From assembly GCA_965203175.1 (NCBI GenBank), contig OZ241867.1:6400001-6464000 (forward strand): a stretch of 64,000 nt of DNA. The letters are read 5' to 3'. Position numbers and translations under genes: made by a program. Below the pieces are notes generated by a model. The model worked only from the letters and a program-made list of their open reading frames with translations. It was not told where the DNA came from and searched no databases. How positions within the stretch are numbered: the stretch's first letter is position 1; each line of letters begins with the position of its first letter. This stretch comes from Candidatus Latescibacterota bacterium (GTDB taxonomy: Bacteria; Latescibacterota; UBA2968; UBA8231). Below, piece by piece: positions 18,675 to 28,112 of this stretch.

Positions 18675-18717
18675 TTTACTCAATATACTGAGTAAAATTA
18701 CTCAAAGAATTGAGCAA
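18675..18717. promoter_or_regulatory. Tandem palindromic operators TTACTCA-N6-TGAG(T/C)AA
   Basis: Copies at 18675-18696 and 18698-18717, 22-bp period, directly before the ATG at 18719. Confidence 0.7.
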
Positions 18718-18718
18718 A

Positions 18719-19924
18719 ATGGCCTTCATCAGACCCCAAGCGTCCGAGCTAGCCCGGCGCTTAAAAGAACCCCGACGGTTCATTCAAGTCGTCTCGGGAG
18801 CAAGGCAGGTCGGCAAAACAACCCTTGCCCTGCAAGTTGCCGAGCGGAGCAAACTACCCTATCACGTTGCCAGTGCCGACGAGCCAACCCTGCGCGGTGC
18901 CGGGTGGATTGAATCGCAATGGGAAGAGGCCCGGCTACTGGCCGACAGCGCCAAAAGAAAAGGGGCCTTGCTCGTATTGGATGAGGTACACAAAGTTCCG
19001 CATTGGGCTGAAACGGTCAAGCATCTCTGGGATGAAGACACCCGCAAGAAAACATTGGTAAAAACCGTATTGCTCGGCTCCGCCCCGCTCCTAATCGGCA
19101 GGGGACTGACTGAAAGCCTTGCCGGCCGCTTTGAAATCCTGCACATGCCGCACTGGAGCTTTCCCGAGATGCGGACGGCCTTCGGATGGGATCTGCAACA
19201 ATATCTCTTTTACGGTGCCTATCCGGGTGCCGCGCCTTTGATAAAACAGCCGTTCCGCTGGTCGCGCTATATCCTAGACTCGCTCATCGAAACGACCGTA
19301 GCCCGCGACGTGCTCCTGCTCTCCCGCGTTGACAAACCGGCATTGCTCCGGCGGCTGTTTGAACTAGGCTGCGCCTATTCGGGGCAAATCCTTTCCTACA
19401 CAAAAATGACGGGCCAGCTTCAGGATGCAGGAAATACGACGACGCTTGCCCACTACCTCGACCTGCTCGCGGGTGCTGGCGTGCTCACCGGCTTGCCTAA
19501 ATACGCCGGCGACACCGCGCGGCGGCAGAGATCAAGTCCCAAGTTTCAAGTCTTCAACACTGCGCTGCTAACCGCTCAGTCCGGCATGACTCAGGCGGAG
19601 GCATTTGCCGACCGCGAGTTTTGGGGCCGCTTAACCGAATCCGCAGTAGGCGCACACCTGCTCAACGCATCCGTCGGCGGAGAGTGTGAACTCTTTTATT
19701 GGCGGGAGCGCAACCGCGAAGTGGATTTTGTCGTGAAAAGAGGAAGGAAACTGCTGGCCATAGAAGTAAAAAGCGGACGCACCACCATTTCACTTCCCGG
19801 CATGGAAGCGTTCGCCAACTCCTTCAAACCAGACCGCCTGCTAATAGTCGGCACCGGCGGAATCTCTCTCGAACGATTTCTCTCAAAGCCCGTAGGATAT
19901 TGGATAGATCAGTCAGACCAATAA
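18719..19924 (+). CDS. AAA_14 ATPase with DUF4143 C-terminal PD-(D/E)xK-like domain
   Basis: GARQVGKT, LDEVH, GS, ESLAGR, YGAYP, EVDFV, IEVKSG. Confidence 0.92.
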   Translation: MAFIRPQASELARRLKEPRRFIQVVSGARQVGKTTLALQVAERSKLPYHVASADEPTLRGAGWIESQWEEARLLADSAKRKGALLVLDEVHKVPHWAETVKHLWDEDTRKKTLVKTVLLGSAPLLIGRGLTESLAGRFEILHMPHWSFPEMRTAFGWDLQQYLFYGAYPGAAPLIKQPFRWSRYILDSLIETTVARDVLLLSRVDKPALLRRLFELGCAYSGQILSYTKMTGQLQDAGNTTTLAHYLDLLAGAGVLTGLPKYAGDTARRQRSSPKFQVFNTALLTAQSGMTQAEAFADREFWGRLTESAVGAHLLNASVGGECELFYWRERNREVDFVVKRGRKLLAIEVKSGRTTISLPGMEAFANSFKPDRLLIVGTGGISLERFLSKPVGYWIDQSDQ

Positions 19925-19973
19925 CCCATCTGTCCCATCTGCGTCCATCTGCGGATAAAATAGGAACAAAACC

Positions 19974-22900
19974 ATGCCCACCTTCCTCTTCAGCGAAAAA
20001 CACCTCTCCCAGATCCCCGCTCTACAACAACTAATCAACCTAGGCTACCAATATCTCCCCCCCACCCAAGCAATGACTGAGCGCGGCAGTCGCGCCTCCA
20101 ACGTCCTACTAGAAAACATCCTGCGCGACCAACTCAAAAAAACAAACCGCATCCGCTACAAAGGCGACGAATACCTATTCAGCGAGGAGAACATCCAGTC
20201 CGCCATCCAGAAACTCAAAACCGTCCAATACGACGGCCTGCAAAAAACAAACGAAGCAATCTACGACCTAATAACTCTTGGCACGGCACTTGAACAAACC
20301 ATCGAAGGCGATTCCAAAAGTTTCACCCTGAACTACATCGACTGGAAAAACCCCGCCAACAACGCATTCCACGCCGTAGCAGAATTCTCCGTTGAACGCG
20401 CCCGCAGCACAGAGACCGCAAGACCCGACATCGTCCTGTTCGTAAACGGCATCCCCCTTGTCGTGATCGAGTGCAAGTCCCCCGATACAGACGTAGAACA
20501 AGCGGTCTCTCAAATGATCCGCAACCAAGGAGACGAATACATCCCACGACTTTTCATATACGCACAATTTCTACTGGCCGTGAACAAAAACGAGGCCAAA
20601 TACGCAACAGTGGGCACTTCAAAAGAGTTCTGGAGCGTTTGGGACGAGTTGGAGGATGCTGAGCGCGACGTAAACGCCTGCATCAATAAAGCGCTTTCCA
20701 ATGACGACAAAGATGCCCTATTCTCCGGTGAATTCGCCTCGGCGCGGTCGCACTTTGATGCACTTGAGCGCAGCGGCGACCGACTGGTCACGGAACAGGA
20801 TCGCTGTCTTTACAGCTTGTGCCGACCCGACCGCCTGTTGGAGCTAATCTTCGGTTTTATAGTCTTTGAATCTGGCAGCAAAAAAATTGCCCGCTACCAG
20901 CAGTTCTTTCTGGTTCGTACCGCCATAAAGCGCATCAAGCAAAAAGACAACGAAGGTCGCCGCATGGGCGGTATCGTCTGGCACACGCAGGGTTCCGGGA
21001 AGTCCATCACTATGGTCATGCTGGTCCGCGCCTTGTCTTTAGACCCAGGGCTGGCCAGTCCGCGCATGATTCTGGTTACAGACCGCAAAGACTTGGACAA
21101 ACAACTGGGCAATACCTTCGCGGCCTGCAATCTGGACAAGGAGCGGGCAACATCCGGGCGCAATCTAATCAGACACATCAAAAACAGAGTCGGCATCATC
21201 ACCACGCTGATCAATAAGTTCGACAAGGCGCTTTCCGCTGAGAAATATGTAGATGATTCCGCCGATATTATCGTCCTCGTTGACGAAAGCCACCGCACCA
21301 ACTTCGGCTCCCTAGCAGCACGCATGAGACAAATGCTGCCCAATGCCTGCTTTATCGGCTTCACGGGAACGCCGCTGCTCAAACAAGAAAAGAACAGCTT
21401 TGCCCGATTCGGTAGTTTGATTGAACCCCATTATTCCGTCCGGCGAGCAATCGCGGACAAGGCGGTAGTCCCCTTGCTGTACGAAGGACGGCACGTGGAG
21501 ATGGAACAGAATCAGGCCGCCATTGACCTCTGGTTCGCTCGCCACACCGAAGACTTGGCAGACGAACAAAAAGCAGACCTAAAGCGAAAATACGCACGCG
21601 CCCGAGAGTTGAGTAAGACCGATCAAGTCGTCTATATGTGCGCGTTTGATATTAGCAGACACTTCCAGACCTCTTGGCAGAATACGGGATTTAAGGCCCA
21701 GCTTGTAGCGGACAGCAAGGCGACCGCGCTCAAGTATCGCGAATCGCTCAATGAAATAGGCGCAGTCTCATCAGAGGTCGTCATCTCCCCGCCGGATACG
21801 CGGGAGGGACATGAGGAAGTAGGCGCGGAGACGACAAATGAGGTGAACAAGTTCTGGGAAAAAATGATGGCCCGTTACGGCTCTGAAGATCAATACACCA
21901 AGCAAATCATCGCCCAGTTTAAGAACTCGGACAAACCGGAAGTTCTAATCGTCGTGGACAAACTCATCACGGGTTTTGATGCGCCTCGCAATACCGTGCT
22001 CTATCTGTGCCGCAAATTGCGCGAACACACGCTGCTCCAGGCGATTGCCCGCGTAAACCGCCTGCACGAGGGCAAGGAATTCGGCTATATCATCGACTAT
22101 GCCAATGTGTTGGGTGAACTGGACAAGGCGCTACACACGTATGACGCGCTCTCGGGCTTTGACGGCGACGACCTCGCGGATTTCCTGACCTCCATCCACG
22201 AAGAAGTGTCCAAGCTGCCGCAGCGCTACTCAGACCTGTGGGGCATCTTTAAGGAAATCAAAAACTCTCGCGATGAAGAACGCTACGAAGTGCTACTATC
22301 TGACGACGCAGTGCGGAATGAGTTTTACGAACGCCTCACTGAATACAGCAAGACCCTTGCCATCGCCCTTTCAGCCGAGCAGTTCATCATGCAAAGCGAC
22401 GAGGCGCAACTAAATCGCTACAAAAACGATCTCAAGCGTTTCCAGAAACTGAGATCAGCAGTCCAACTGCGCTACGCCGAAACCATTGATTACCGCGACT
22501 ACGAACCCCGGATTAAAAAACTGCTGAGCACGCATATTCAGGCCAACGAGGTCACTCGCTTAAACGATCCCGTGAATATGTTTGACGATAAGACCTTCTC
22601 TATGATCAAAGAGCAGCGCGGCGTCTATCAAGCCAAGACTACGGCGGCAAGAGCCGATATTATCGCCCATTCGGCCAAGCGCACAATCACTGAAAACATG
22701 GGCAAAGACCCAGCTTTCTACGAGAAATTCTCAAAGCTCATTCAAGACGCCATTGACGGTTTCAAGAATCAGCGGATATCAGACCTTGAGTATTTGCAAA
22801 AAGTGAGTGCCATCCGCGATGAGGTCGCCAACACCCAACGCGACGATGTCCCCGACTCCATCCGCGATAACGAGGAGGCCAGCGCGTATTTTGGGGCGAT

Positions 22901-23165
22901 CAAACCTTGTCTGACTGAGGTGGGTGAAAACCAAGTTGACTACGTCGCCGCAGAAACGGCGCTTGCCGTCAAAGGCGCGCTAGAAAAAAATTGGAAGGTG
23001 GACTTTTGGAACGATAGCGACGCACAAAACGCCGCAAAAAACGAGATGGATGATTTCTTTTACGACGTGGTAAAAGACGTGCATGGCATTGATTTATCGT
23101 CGGCACAGATGGACGAAATGATCAGCCAAACAATGAAGATCGCTAAATCCTGGAGACGCTCTTAA
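19974..23165 (+). CDS. hsdR: Type I restriction endonuclease subunit R
   Basis: RPDIVLFVNGIPL.VIECK nuclease motif; HTQGSGKS, DESHR, FTGTP, TGFDAP, QAIARVNR helicase motifs. Confidence 0.97.
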   Translation: MPTFLFSEKHLSQIPALQQLINLGYQYLPPTQAMTERGSRASNVLLENILRDQLKKTNRIRYKGDEYLFSEENIQSAIQKLKTVQYDGLQKTNEAIYDLITLGTALEQTIEGDSKSFTLNYIDWKNPANNAFHAVAEFSVERARSTETARPDIVLFVNGIPLVVIECKSPDTDVEQAVSQMIRNQGDEYIPRLFIYAQFLLAVNKNEAKYATVGTSKEFWSVWDELEDAERDVNACINKALSNDDKDALFSGEFASARSHFDALERSGDRLVTEQDRCLYSLCRPDRLLELIFGFIVFESGSKKIARYQQFFLVRTAIKRIKQKDNEGRRMGGIVWHTQGSGKSITMVMLVRALSLDPGLASPRMILVTDRKDLDKQLGNTFAACNLDKERATSGRNLIRHIKNRVGIITTLINKFDKALSAEKYVDDSADIIVLVDESHRTNFGSLAARMRQMLPNACFIGFTGTPLLKQEKNSFARFGSLIEPHYSVRRAIADKAVVPLLYEGRHVEMEQNQAAIDLWFARHTEDLADEQKADLKRKYARARELSKTDQVVYMCAFDISRHFQTSWQNTGFKAQLVADSKATALKYRESLNEIGAVSSEVVISPPDTREGHEEVGAETTNEVNKFWEKMMARYGSEDQYTKQIIAQFKNSDKPEVLIVVDKLITGFDAPRNTVLYLCRKLREHTLLQAIARVNRLHEGKEFGYIIDYANVLGELDKALHTYDALSGFDGDDLADFLTSIHEEVSKLPQRYSDLWGIFKEIKNSRDEERYEVLLSDDAVRNEFYERLTEYSKTLAIALSAEQFIMQSDEAQLNRYKNDLKRFQKLRSAVQLRYAETIDYRDYEPRIKKLLSTHIQANEVTRLNDPVNMFDDKTFSMIKEQRGVYQAKTTAARADIIAHSAKRTITENMGKDPAFYEKFSKLIQDAIDGFKNQRISDLEYLQKVSAIRDEVANTQRDDVPDSIRDNEEASAYFGAIKPCLTEVGENQVDYVAAETALAVKGALEKNWKVDFWNDSDAQNAAKNEMDDFFYDVVKDVHGIDLSSAQMDEMISQTMKIAKSWRRS

Positions 23166-23875
23166 TGCCAGAGGCGAACCGCACCCTCACCTATGCCGGC
23201 GAGTCCATTCCCTTTCACCTGAGCTACTCGAAAAGAAAGACGCTTGAGATCGCCGTTCACCCCGACGGCTCGGTAGTTGTAAAAGCCCCACTGGGAGAAG
23301 ATGAAACCTTTGTCGAAGATTTCATTAACAAGCGTGCGCGCTGGATAAAACGCCAGATTCGCTATTTCGCACAGCTTGGACCGCGCACCCCCGAGCGGCA
23401 GTTTGTCGGCGGCGAAAGCCATCTTTACCTCGGCAAACAGTATCGGCTGAAGATAAGGCCGTCTGACACAGACGAGGTTTTGTTAAAGCGCGACTTCTTC
23501 CACATACAAGCGGTTGACGACAAGCCAGAGCACATAGCGATGTTGCTTGAAGCATGGTACTGGAGCGAGGCGGAAGTTTATTTTGCTCAAGTATTTGCAG
23601 AATGCTGGCAGCTCTTTAAAAAAAAGGGCGTGGACAAGCCTGCACTTAAAATCCGCAAGATGAAAACGCTCTGGGGAAGTTTCAGCGTCAAACGCGGCAT
23701 AACATTGAATCTGGAACTTATAAAAGCACCCAGAGAATGTATTGAATACGTCGTTATCCACGAGCTATGCCACTTATTCCATCTCAATCACGGCCCGGAG
23801 TTTTACAACTTGCTTGAGCAATTTCTTCCCGACTGGATGAAACGAAAACATCGCTTGGAAACGGTACTGTCGTAG
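23165..23875 (+). CDS. M48/YgjP (DUF45) zinc metallopeptidase-like protein
   Basis: YLGKQY.L, WGS, IEYVVIHELCHL..HG..FY; typical position downstream of hsdR. Confidence 0.9.
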   Translation: MPEANRTLTYAGESIPFHLSYSKRKTLEIAVHPDGSVVVKAPLGEDETFVEDFINKRARWIKRQIRYFAQLGPRTPERQFVGGESHLYLGKQYRLKIRPSDTDEVLLKRDFFHIQAVDDKPEHIAMLLEAWYWSEAEVYFAQVFAECWQLFKKKGVDKPALKIRKMKTLWGSFSVKRGITLNLELIKAPRECIEYVVIHELCHLFHLNHGPEFYNLLEQFLPDWMKRKHRLETVLS

Positions 23876-23934
23876 AGGTTCTAACAACCGTTCGCCGTCG
23901 ACCCAAGTTGTCCTATTTGTCGAACCGCTAATCC

Positions 23935-25164
23935 CTACCCCGTTCTGATCTCGTCCAGTGCCGCGACCATGCGGTCGATTTCGCCAAAGTTATTGTAGAT
24001 ATGGGTGGAAACCCGCTGGGTGTAGCCCGGCTCGGCCTCGCCCCAAACCGGGGTCGTGATCCGGTATCTATCATAGAGGAGCTGTCCGGGATTGTCGGCA
24101 CCAAAGCCTTTGAGCCGAAACGTGGAAATCGAATTGGCGAGATCCGGATGCGGCGAGGAAAGCGGTTCGACCCAGCCGGTTTCAGCCATGCGCTGGCGCA
24201 GATAGCCGGCTAACTGCCGCCCACGGGCGGCGATTCGCTCCTTGCCGATCTCATTTTGCAGGGCCACCGCTTCGGCCACTGCGCCGAAACAGGACAGATC
24301 GCGCGTGCCGATATTCGTTAGCTGCCACATAAAAGGCTGTCCATTAATACAGAGCGCCCCTGTATCATTGCGCTTGGGCCCGCCTTTATCATAGCCATGA
24401 CTAACGGCGATGTGGTGCAGCTTGTCCTGTACTTGCGGCTGGGCGTATAAAAATCCCGTGCCCTTGGGCGCGCAGAGCCACTTGTGACAATTGCCGCCGT
24501 AAAAATCGCAGCCGTAGTAGGTCAAATCCAGCGGGATCTGTCCAGGGGCATGTGCCCCGTCTACGGCGATCATCGCGCCGTGGGCGTGTGCCAACTCGGC
24601 CAGCTCTTTGATCGGAGTAATGAGCCCAGAGGGCGACGTCACGTGACTGACCAATAACAGCCGCGTCCGCGCGGTCAGTCCCCGGCGGAAAGACTCCGCG
24701 ATTTGCTCGGGCTCTGCGGGCGGAATAGCGATCGGTGCTCGCCGCACCACAACGCCATAGCGGCGCTCGGCGTGGTACAGGCAGTTGTCGATGGCACCGT
24801 ATTCTTGGTCGGAAGCCAGAATCTCGTCGCCGGGCTGCCAATCGAGGCCGAGGACGACTTGGTTGATGGCGATGGTGACATTGGTCGTGAAAGCCAAGTC
24901 GGCAGGTGCGGCGTTGAGAAAGGTCCCTAGGTCGCGTCGCGCTTGGTTCATGCGCTTAAACAGTCGGGCGCGGTTGCGCGTCGGATTGCCCTCCAACTCT
25001 TCCAAGCCCCTGACTAAAGCGTCGAAAACCGAGCGGTGCAACACGCCCCAAGAACCAGTGTTGAGATAGGACTCGTCAGACGCCTGCATAAATCCAGCGG
25101 CAATATCCCGCCAGTAGGCTTCTTCTTTATTGGTGGTCGGCCAAGCTTTTTTTGAATCGGACAA
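23935..25164 (-). CDS. Class V PLP-dependent aminotransferase (isopenicillin-N epimerase-like)
   Basis: YLNTGSWG, SHVTS, DGAHAPG, NCHKWLCAPKG. Confidence 0.9.
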   Translation of the reverse strand: MSDSKKAWPTTNKEEAYWRDIAAGFMQASDESYLNTGSWGVLHRSVFDALVRGLEELEGNPTRNRARLFKRMNQARRDLGTFLNAAPADLAFTTNVTIAINQVVLGLDWQPGDEILASDQEYGAIDNCLYHAERRYGVVVRRAPIAIPPAEPEQIAESFRRGLTARTRLLLVSHVTSPSGLITPIKELAELAHAHGAMIAVDGAHAPGQIPLDLTYYGCDFYGGNCHKWLCAPKGTGFLYAQPQVQDKLHHIAVSHGYDKGGPKRNDTGALCINGQPFMWQLTNIGTRDLSCFGAVAEAVALQNEIGKERIAARGRQLAGYLRQRMAETGWVEPLSSPHPDLANSISTFRLKGFGADNPGQLLYDRYRITTPVWGEAEPGYTQRVSTHIYNNFGEIDRMVAALDEIRTG

Positions 25165-25340
25165 GGGCTGCTCCCAGTGTTAAACATTCATGGCAGATTT
25201 TTGCATCGCGGCTGTATGTCCTATTATATTTCACCGCGACCGCGCACGGCGACCGTCGCGCCGGCCCAATAAAGCTACACTGTGTGCGGGCGGTCCAGCT
25301 TCGCGTGCAGGATCCTTCCTACGACCAACCGCTACTACAC

Positions 25341-26381
25341 ATGCCGCCAGCTTTAGCCACCGACACTACCCCGCTGTTGGCCACCGTCGGCCTGACCAAA
25401 CACTTCGCCATCCGCAAAAGCCGCTGGGGGCGAACCACCGGCCAAGTGCGGGCCGTCGACGACGTGTCGCTAGCCGTCCACAAGGGCGAAACCCTCGGCA
25501 TCGTCGGCGAAAGCGGGTGTGGTAAAACCACCCTCGGACGCTTGATCCTGCGCTTGATCGAACCCACCGCCGGCCAAGTGCATTTCGCCGGTGTCGACAT
25601 CAGTCGCCTCTCCGGTGCGCCCATGCGCGCTATTCGCCGCCAAATGCAGGTAATCTTCCAAGATCCCTACAGCTCGCTAAACCCACGACTGACAGTACAC
25701 AAGATCATCGCCCAAGGCATCACGACCCATCATCTCGCACGCGGTAAAGAGGTCGCTGCCCGAGTGGCGCAATTGCTGGAGATGGTCGGCTTGCCCGCTG
25801 GGGCTGCCCGTCGATACCCGCACGAATTCTCCGGTGGTCAGCGCCAGCGCATCGGCATCGCTCGCGCCCTAGCGGTCGAGCCGCGCTTTATCGTCGCCGA
25901 CGAACCAGTCTCTGCTCTCGACGTCTCGGTCCAAGCCCAGATCGTCAACCTGCTGCAGGACATCCAAGCCGACATGGGGTTGACCTATATGTTTATCGCC
26001 CACGATCTCAGCGTCGTGCGCCACATTGCCGACCGGGTCGCCGTAATGTATCTGGGCAAGATCGTCGAATTGGCCCCCAAAGAAGCGCTCTACGACGCGC
26101 CCTTACATCCCTATACCCAAGCCCTGCTTGCGGCGGTGCCCGTCCCCAATCCCCAAAAGCAGCGGGCGAGAGTCCTCCTCGACAGTGACGCGCCCGATCC
26201 GACCGCGACCCCCACTGGCTGTCCGTTTCACCCCCGTTGCGCCGAGCGCCAAGCACAATGCGAAACGACCACTCCGCAACTAACCACTATCGGCGCTGGA
26301 CGCCAAGTCGCCTGTTTGCTGCGCCAGCCTAGTGCTCCAGTGCCGACCGCCAATCCACCAGCAAAGGAAAAACAACATTAA
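25341..26381 (+). CDS. Oligopeptide/dipeptide ABC transporter ATP-binding subunit (OppF-like)
   Basis: GESGCGKT, FQDPY, FSGGQRQR, DEPVSALD, HPYT, GCPFHPRC. Confidence 0.95.
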   Translation: MPPALATDTTPLLATVGLTKHFAIRKSRWGRTTGQVRAVDDVSLAVHKGETLGIVGESGCGKTTLGRLILRLIEPTAGQVHFAGVDISRLSGAPMRAIRRQMQVIFQDPYSSLNPRLTVHKIIAQGITTHHLARGKEVAARVAQLLEMVGLPAGAARRYPHEFSGGQRQRIGIARALAVEPRFIVADEPVSALDVSVQAQIVNLLQDIQADMGLTYMFIAHDLSVVRHIADRVAVMYLGKIVELAPKEALYDAPLHPYTQALLAAVPVPNPQKQRARVLLDSDAPDPTATPTGCPFHPRCAERQAQCETTTPQLTTIGAGRQVACLLRQPSAPVPTANPPAKEKQH

Positions 26382-28068
26382 AACCTCCATTCCGCTATTG
26401 ATCGCTATTCTCGCGCTTTTCATTCGCTCCGGCAGCGCCCAAGAAAAGACCATCCTTGGCTTCGACTTGCCGCCCGACGCGCTACCCTATGACCAGCAGG
26501 TGTACCGCATCCCCTGCAGCAATACCGCCAATTCGATCACCTTCGACTTTTCTGTCAGCGTCTATCAGCCCTATTGCGGGGCCGATCTCTTCAACGATCC
26601 GTTGATCACTTTCGACAAGGCACAAAATCCCCAACCCGGTGCCGCCGAAAGTTGGTCGGTCGCCGCCGACGGAGTAACGTGGACCTTTGTTTTACGCGAG
26701 GGCCTAATGTGGAGCGACGGCACCCCTGTCACCGCCCACGACTACGTCGCCACCTTCCGCCTCAGCGCCAGCCCCGATCACGCTTGGGATTTCGCCTGGT
26801 ACTACACCTTCGTCGACAAGGGTGGGATCAAAAACTGGGACGAGGTCATCGCCGGAAATCTACCCGTCGAAGCATTGGGGGTCCGCGCCGTGGACGACCG
26901 CACCCTTGAGATTGTGACCAAGGGCGTGTTTCCGCCGCTGCCCAAGATCATGAAATACGCCTTTACGCTACAGAAGAAGGCCCTAGAGACGCACGGCCCC
27001 TACTACAACAACGACCCGGCCACCTCGGTCTCGTCCGGCCCCTTTATGCTGGAGTCTTTCGATCACGGTTTCAAAGTGGTTTTCAAGGCCAATCCACACT
27101 ACAGAGGCTACCGGCCGCCGAGGTTGGCGCGGATAGAGGGAATCTATCTGTCGCCAGCGACCTATTTTATCGCCTATCTCAACAACGAAATTGACACCTT
27201 AAACTTCAACGCCTTGTCGCCAGCTGATTTCGCCACCATCCAGCGCGACCCCGAGCTGCAGGCCAACTACCTGCGCCCCGGTTTGATCGGCACCGACTAT
27301 GTCTTCTTCGACGCGCATAGCCCTCCCTTCGACGACATCCATGTGCGCAAGGCCTTCGCCCACGCCATCGATCGCGAGGCCATCGTCAAGGGCGTCTACG
27401 GCGAGATCAAGGCCACGCCTGCCCATTCCATGCTCATGCCTGGCTTTCCCTCCGCTGATGTCGAGGGTCAACTTGCCCACTACCAGCGCTTCGACTGTGG
27501 CCTAGCGAAGGAACACCTAGCCCAAGCCGGCTTTCCCAACGGAGCCAGCTTCCCACCGCAGGTGATGTGGTTGCGCAACGAAAATCCCGGTATTGCCTCA
27601 GTCTATCAAGCGGCCGCTGCCTCGATCTCGCAGTGTTTGGGCGTCTCGATCCAAGTCTCGAATAAAGACAACAAAGTCTTTATGGACGCCCTACACGAGC
27701 GACCCACTGGCATTGCACTGGGGGCTGTCGCCTATAGCATCGACTTTGCCGACCCCATCAACCTGCTTGGCATCTGGGTCAGCAGCGGTCGCCACTCTTG
27801 GCGCAACCAACGCTTCGATGCCATCCTAGATGAGGCCAGCAACTTAATGGGCGACCCCCAGCGCCGCGACCAGCTCTTCCGCGACGCCGAGCGGATCCTC
27901 GTCGACGATGTCGGCGGAGCCTTTATCGCCCACCGCTGGGCCGGCGACCTGTTCCGGCCCACGGTGCGCGGTGCCAGCATCCGCGAGCCGGGGCCTGAGG
28001 GCACCTACGGCAAACACTCCGGCAACGACTGGCTGTGGGGCGATCTATACATTGGCGCAGCGCAATAA
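26377..28068 (+). CDS. Family 5 ABC substrate-binding protein (OppA-like); probable ATT start
   Basis: PGAAESW.V..DG.TWTF.LR...WSDG.PVTAHD, SSGPF, VRKAFAHAIDRE; signal peptide begins at the in-frame ATT at 26377. Confidence 0.85.
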   Translation: MKTSIPLLIAILALFIRSGSAQEKTILGFDLPPDALPYDQQVYRIPCSNTANSITFDFSVSVYQPYCGADLFNDPLITFDKAQNPQPGAAESWSVAADGVTWTFVLREGLMWSDGTPVTAHDYVATFRLSASPDHAWDFAWYYTFVDKGGIKNWDEVIAGNLPVEALGVRAVDDRTLEIVTKGVFPPLPKIMKYAFTLQKKALETHGPYYNNDPATSVSSGPFMLESFDHGFKVVFKANPHYRGYRPPRLARIEGIYLSPATYFIAYLNNEIDTLNFNALSPADFATIQRDPELQANYLRPGLIGTDYVFFDAHSPPFDDIHVRKAFAHAIDREAIVKGVYGEIKATPAHSMLMPGFPSADVEGQLAHYQRFDCGLAKEHLAQAGFPNGASFPPQVMWLRNENPGIASVYQAAAASISQCLGVSIQVSNKDNKVFMDALHERPTGIALGAVAYSIDFADPINLLGIWVSSGRHSWRNQRFDAILDEASNLMGDPQRRDQLFRDAERILVDDVGGAFIAHRWAGDLFRPTVRGASIREPGPEGTYGKHSGNDWLWGDLYIGAAQ

Positions 28069-28112
28069 TGACCGGCGACCACTGCCAAAGAGCGCACCCC
28101 AGGCCGTAGGCG

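Larger units (their letters stand above)
18627..19959 (+). repeat. Degenerate 23-bp direct repeats flanking the ATPase gene
   Basis: atctctgtccacctgcgaataaa (18627-18649) vs atctgcgtccatctgcggataaa (19937-19959), 19/23 identical. Confidence 0.65.

Noticed and set aside
23876-23883. Third AGGTTCTA copy right after the M48 gene, matching the IS TSD
   Set aside because: An 8-mer is expected by chance in 64 kb, and no IS end is adjacent.
5975-25164. Two class V aminotransferases as duplicated island boundaries
   Set aside because: They are highly diverged, in opposite orientation, and the first lies several genes away from the island.
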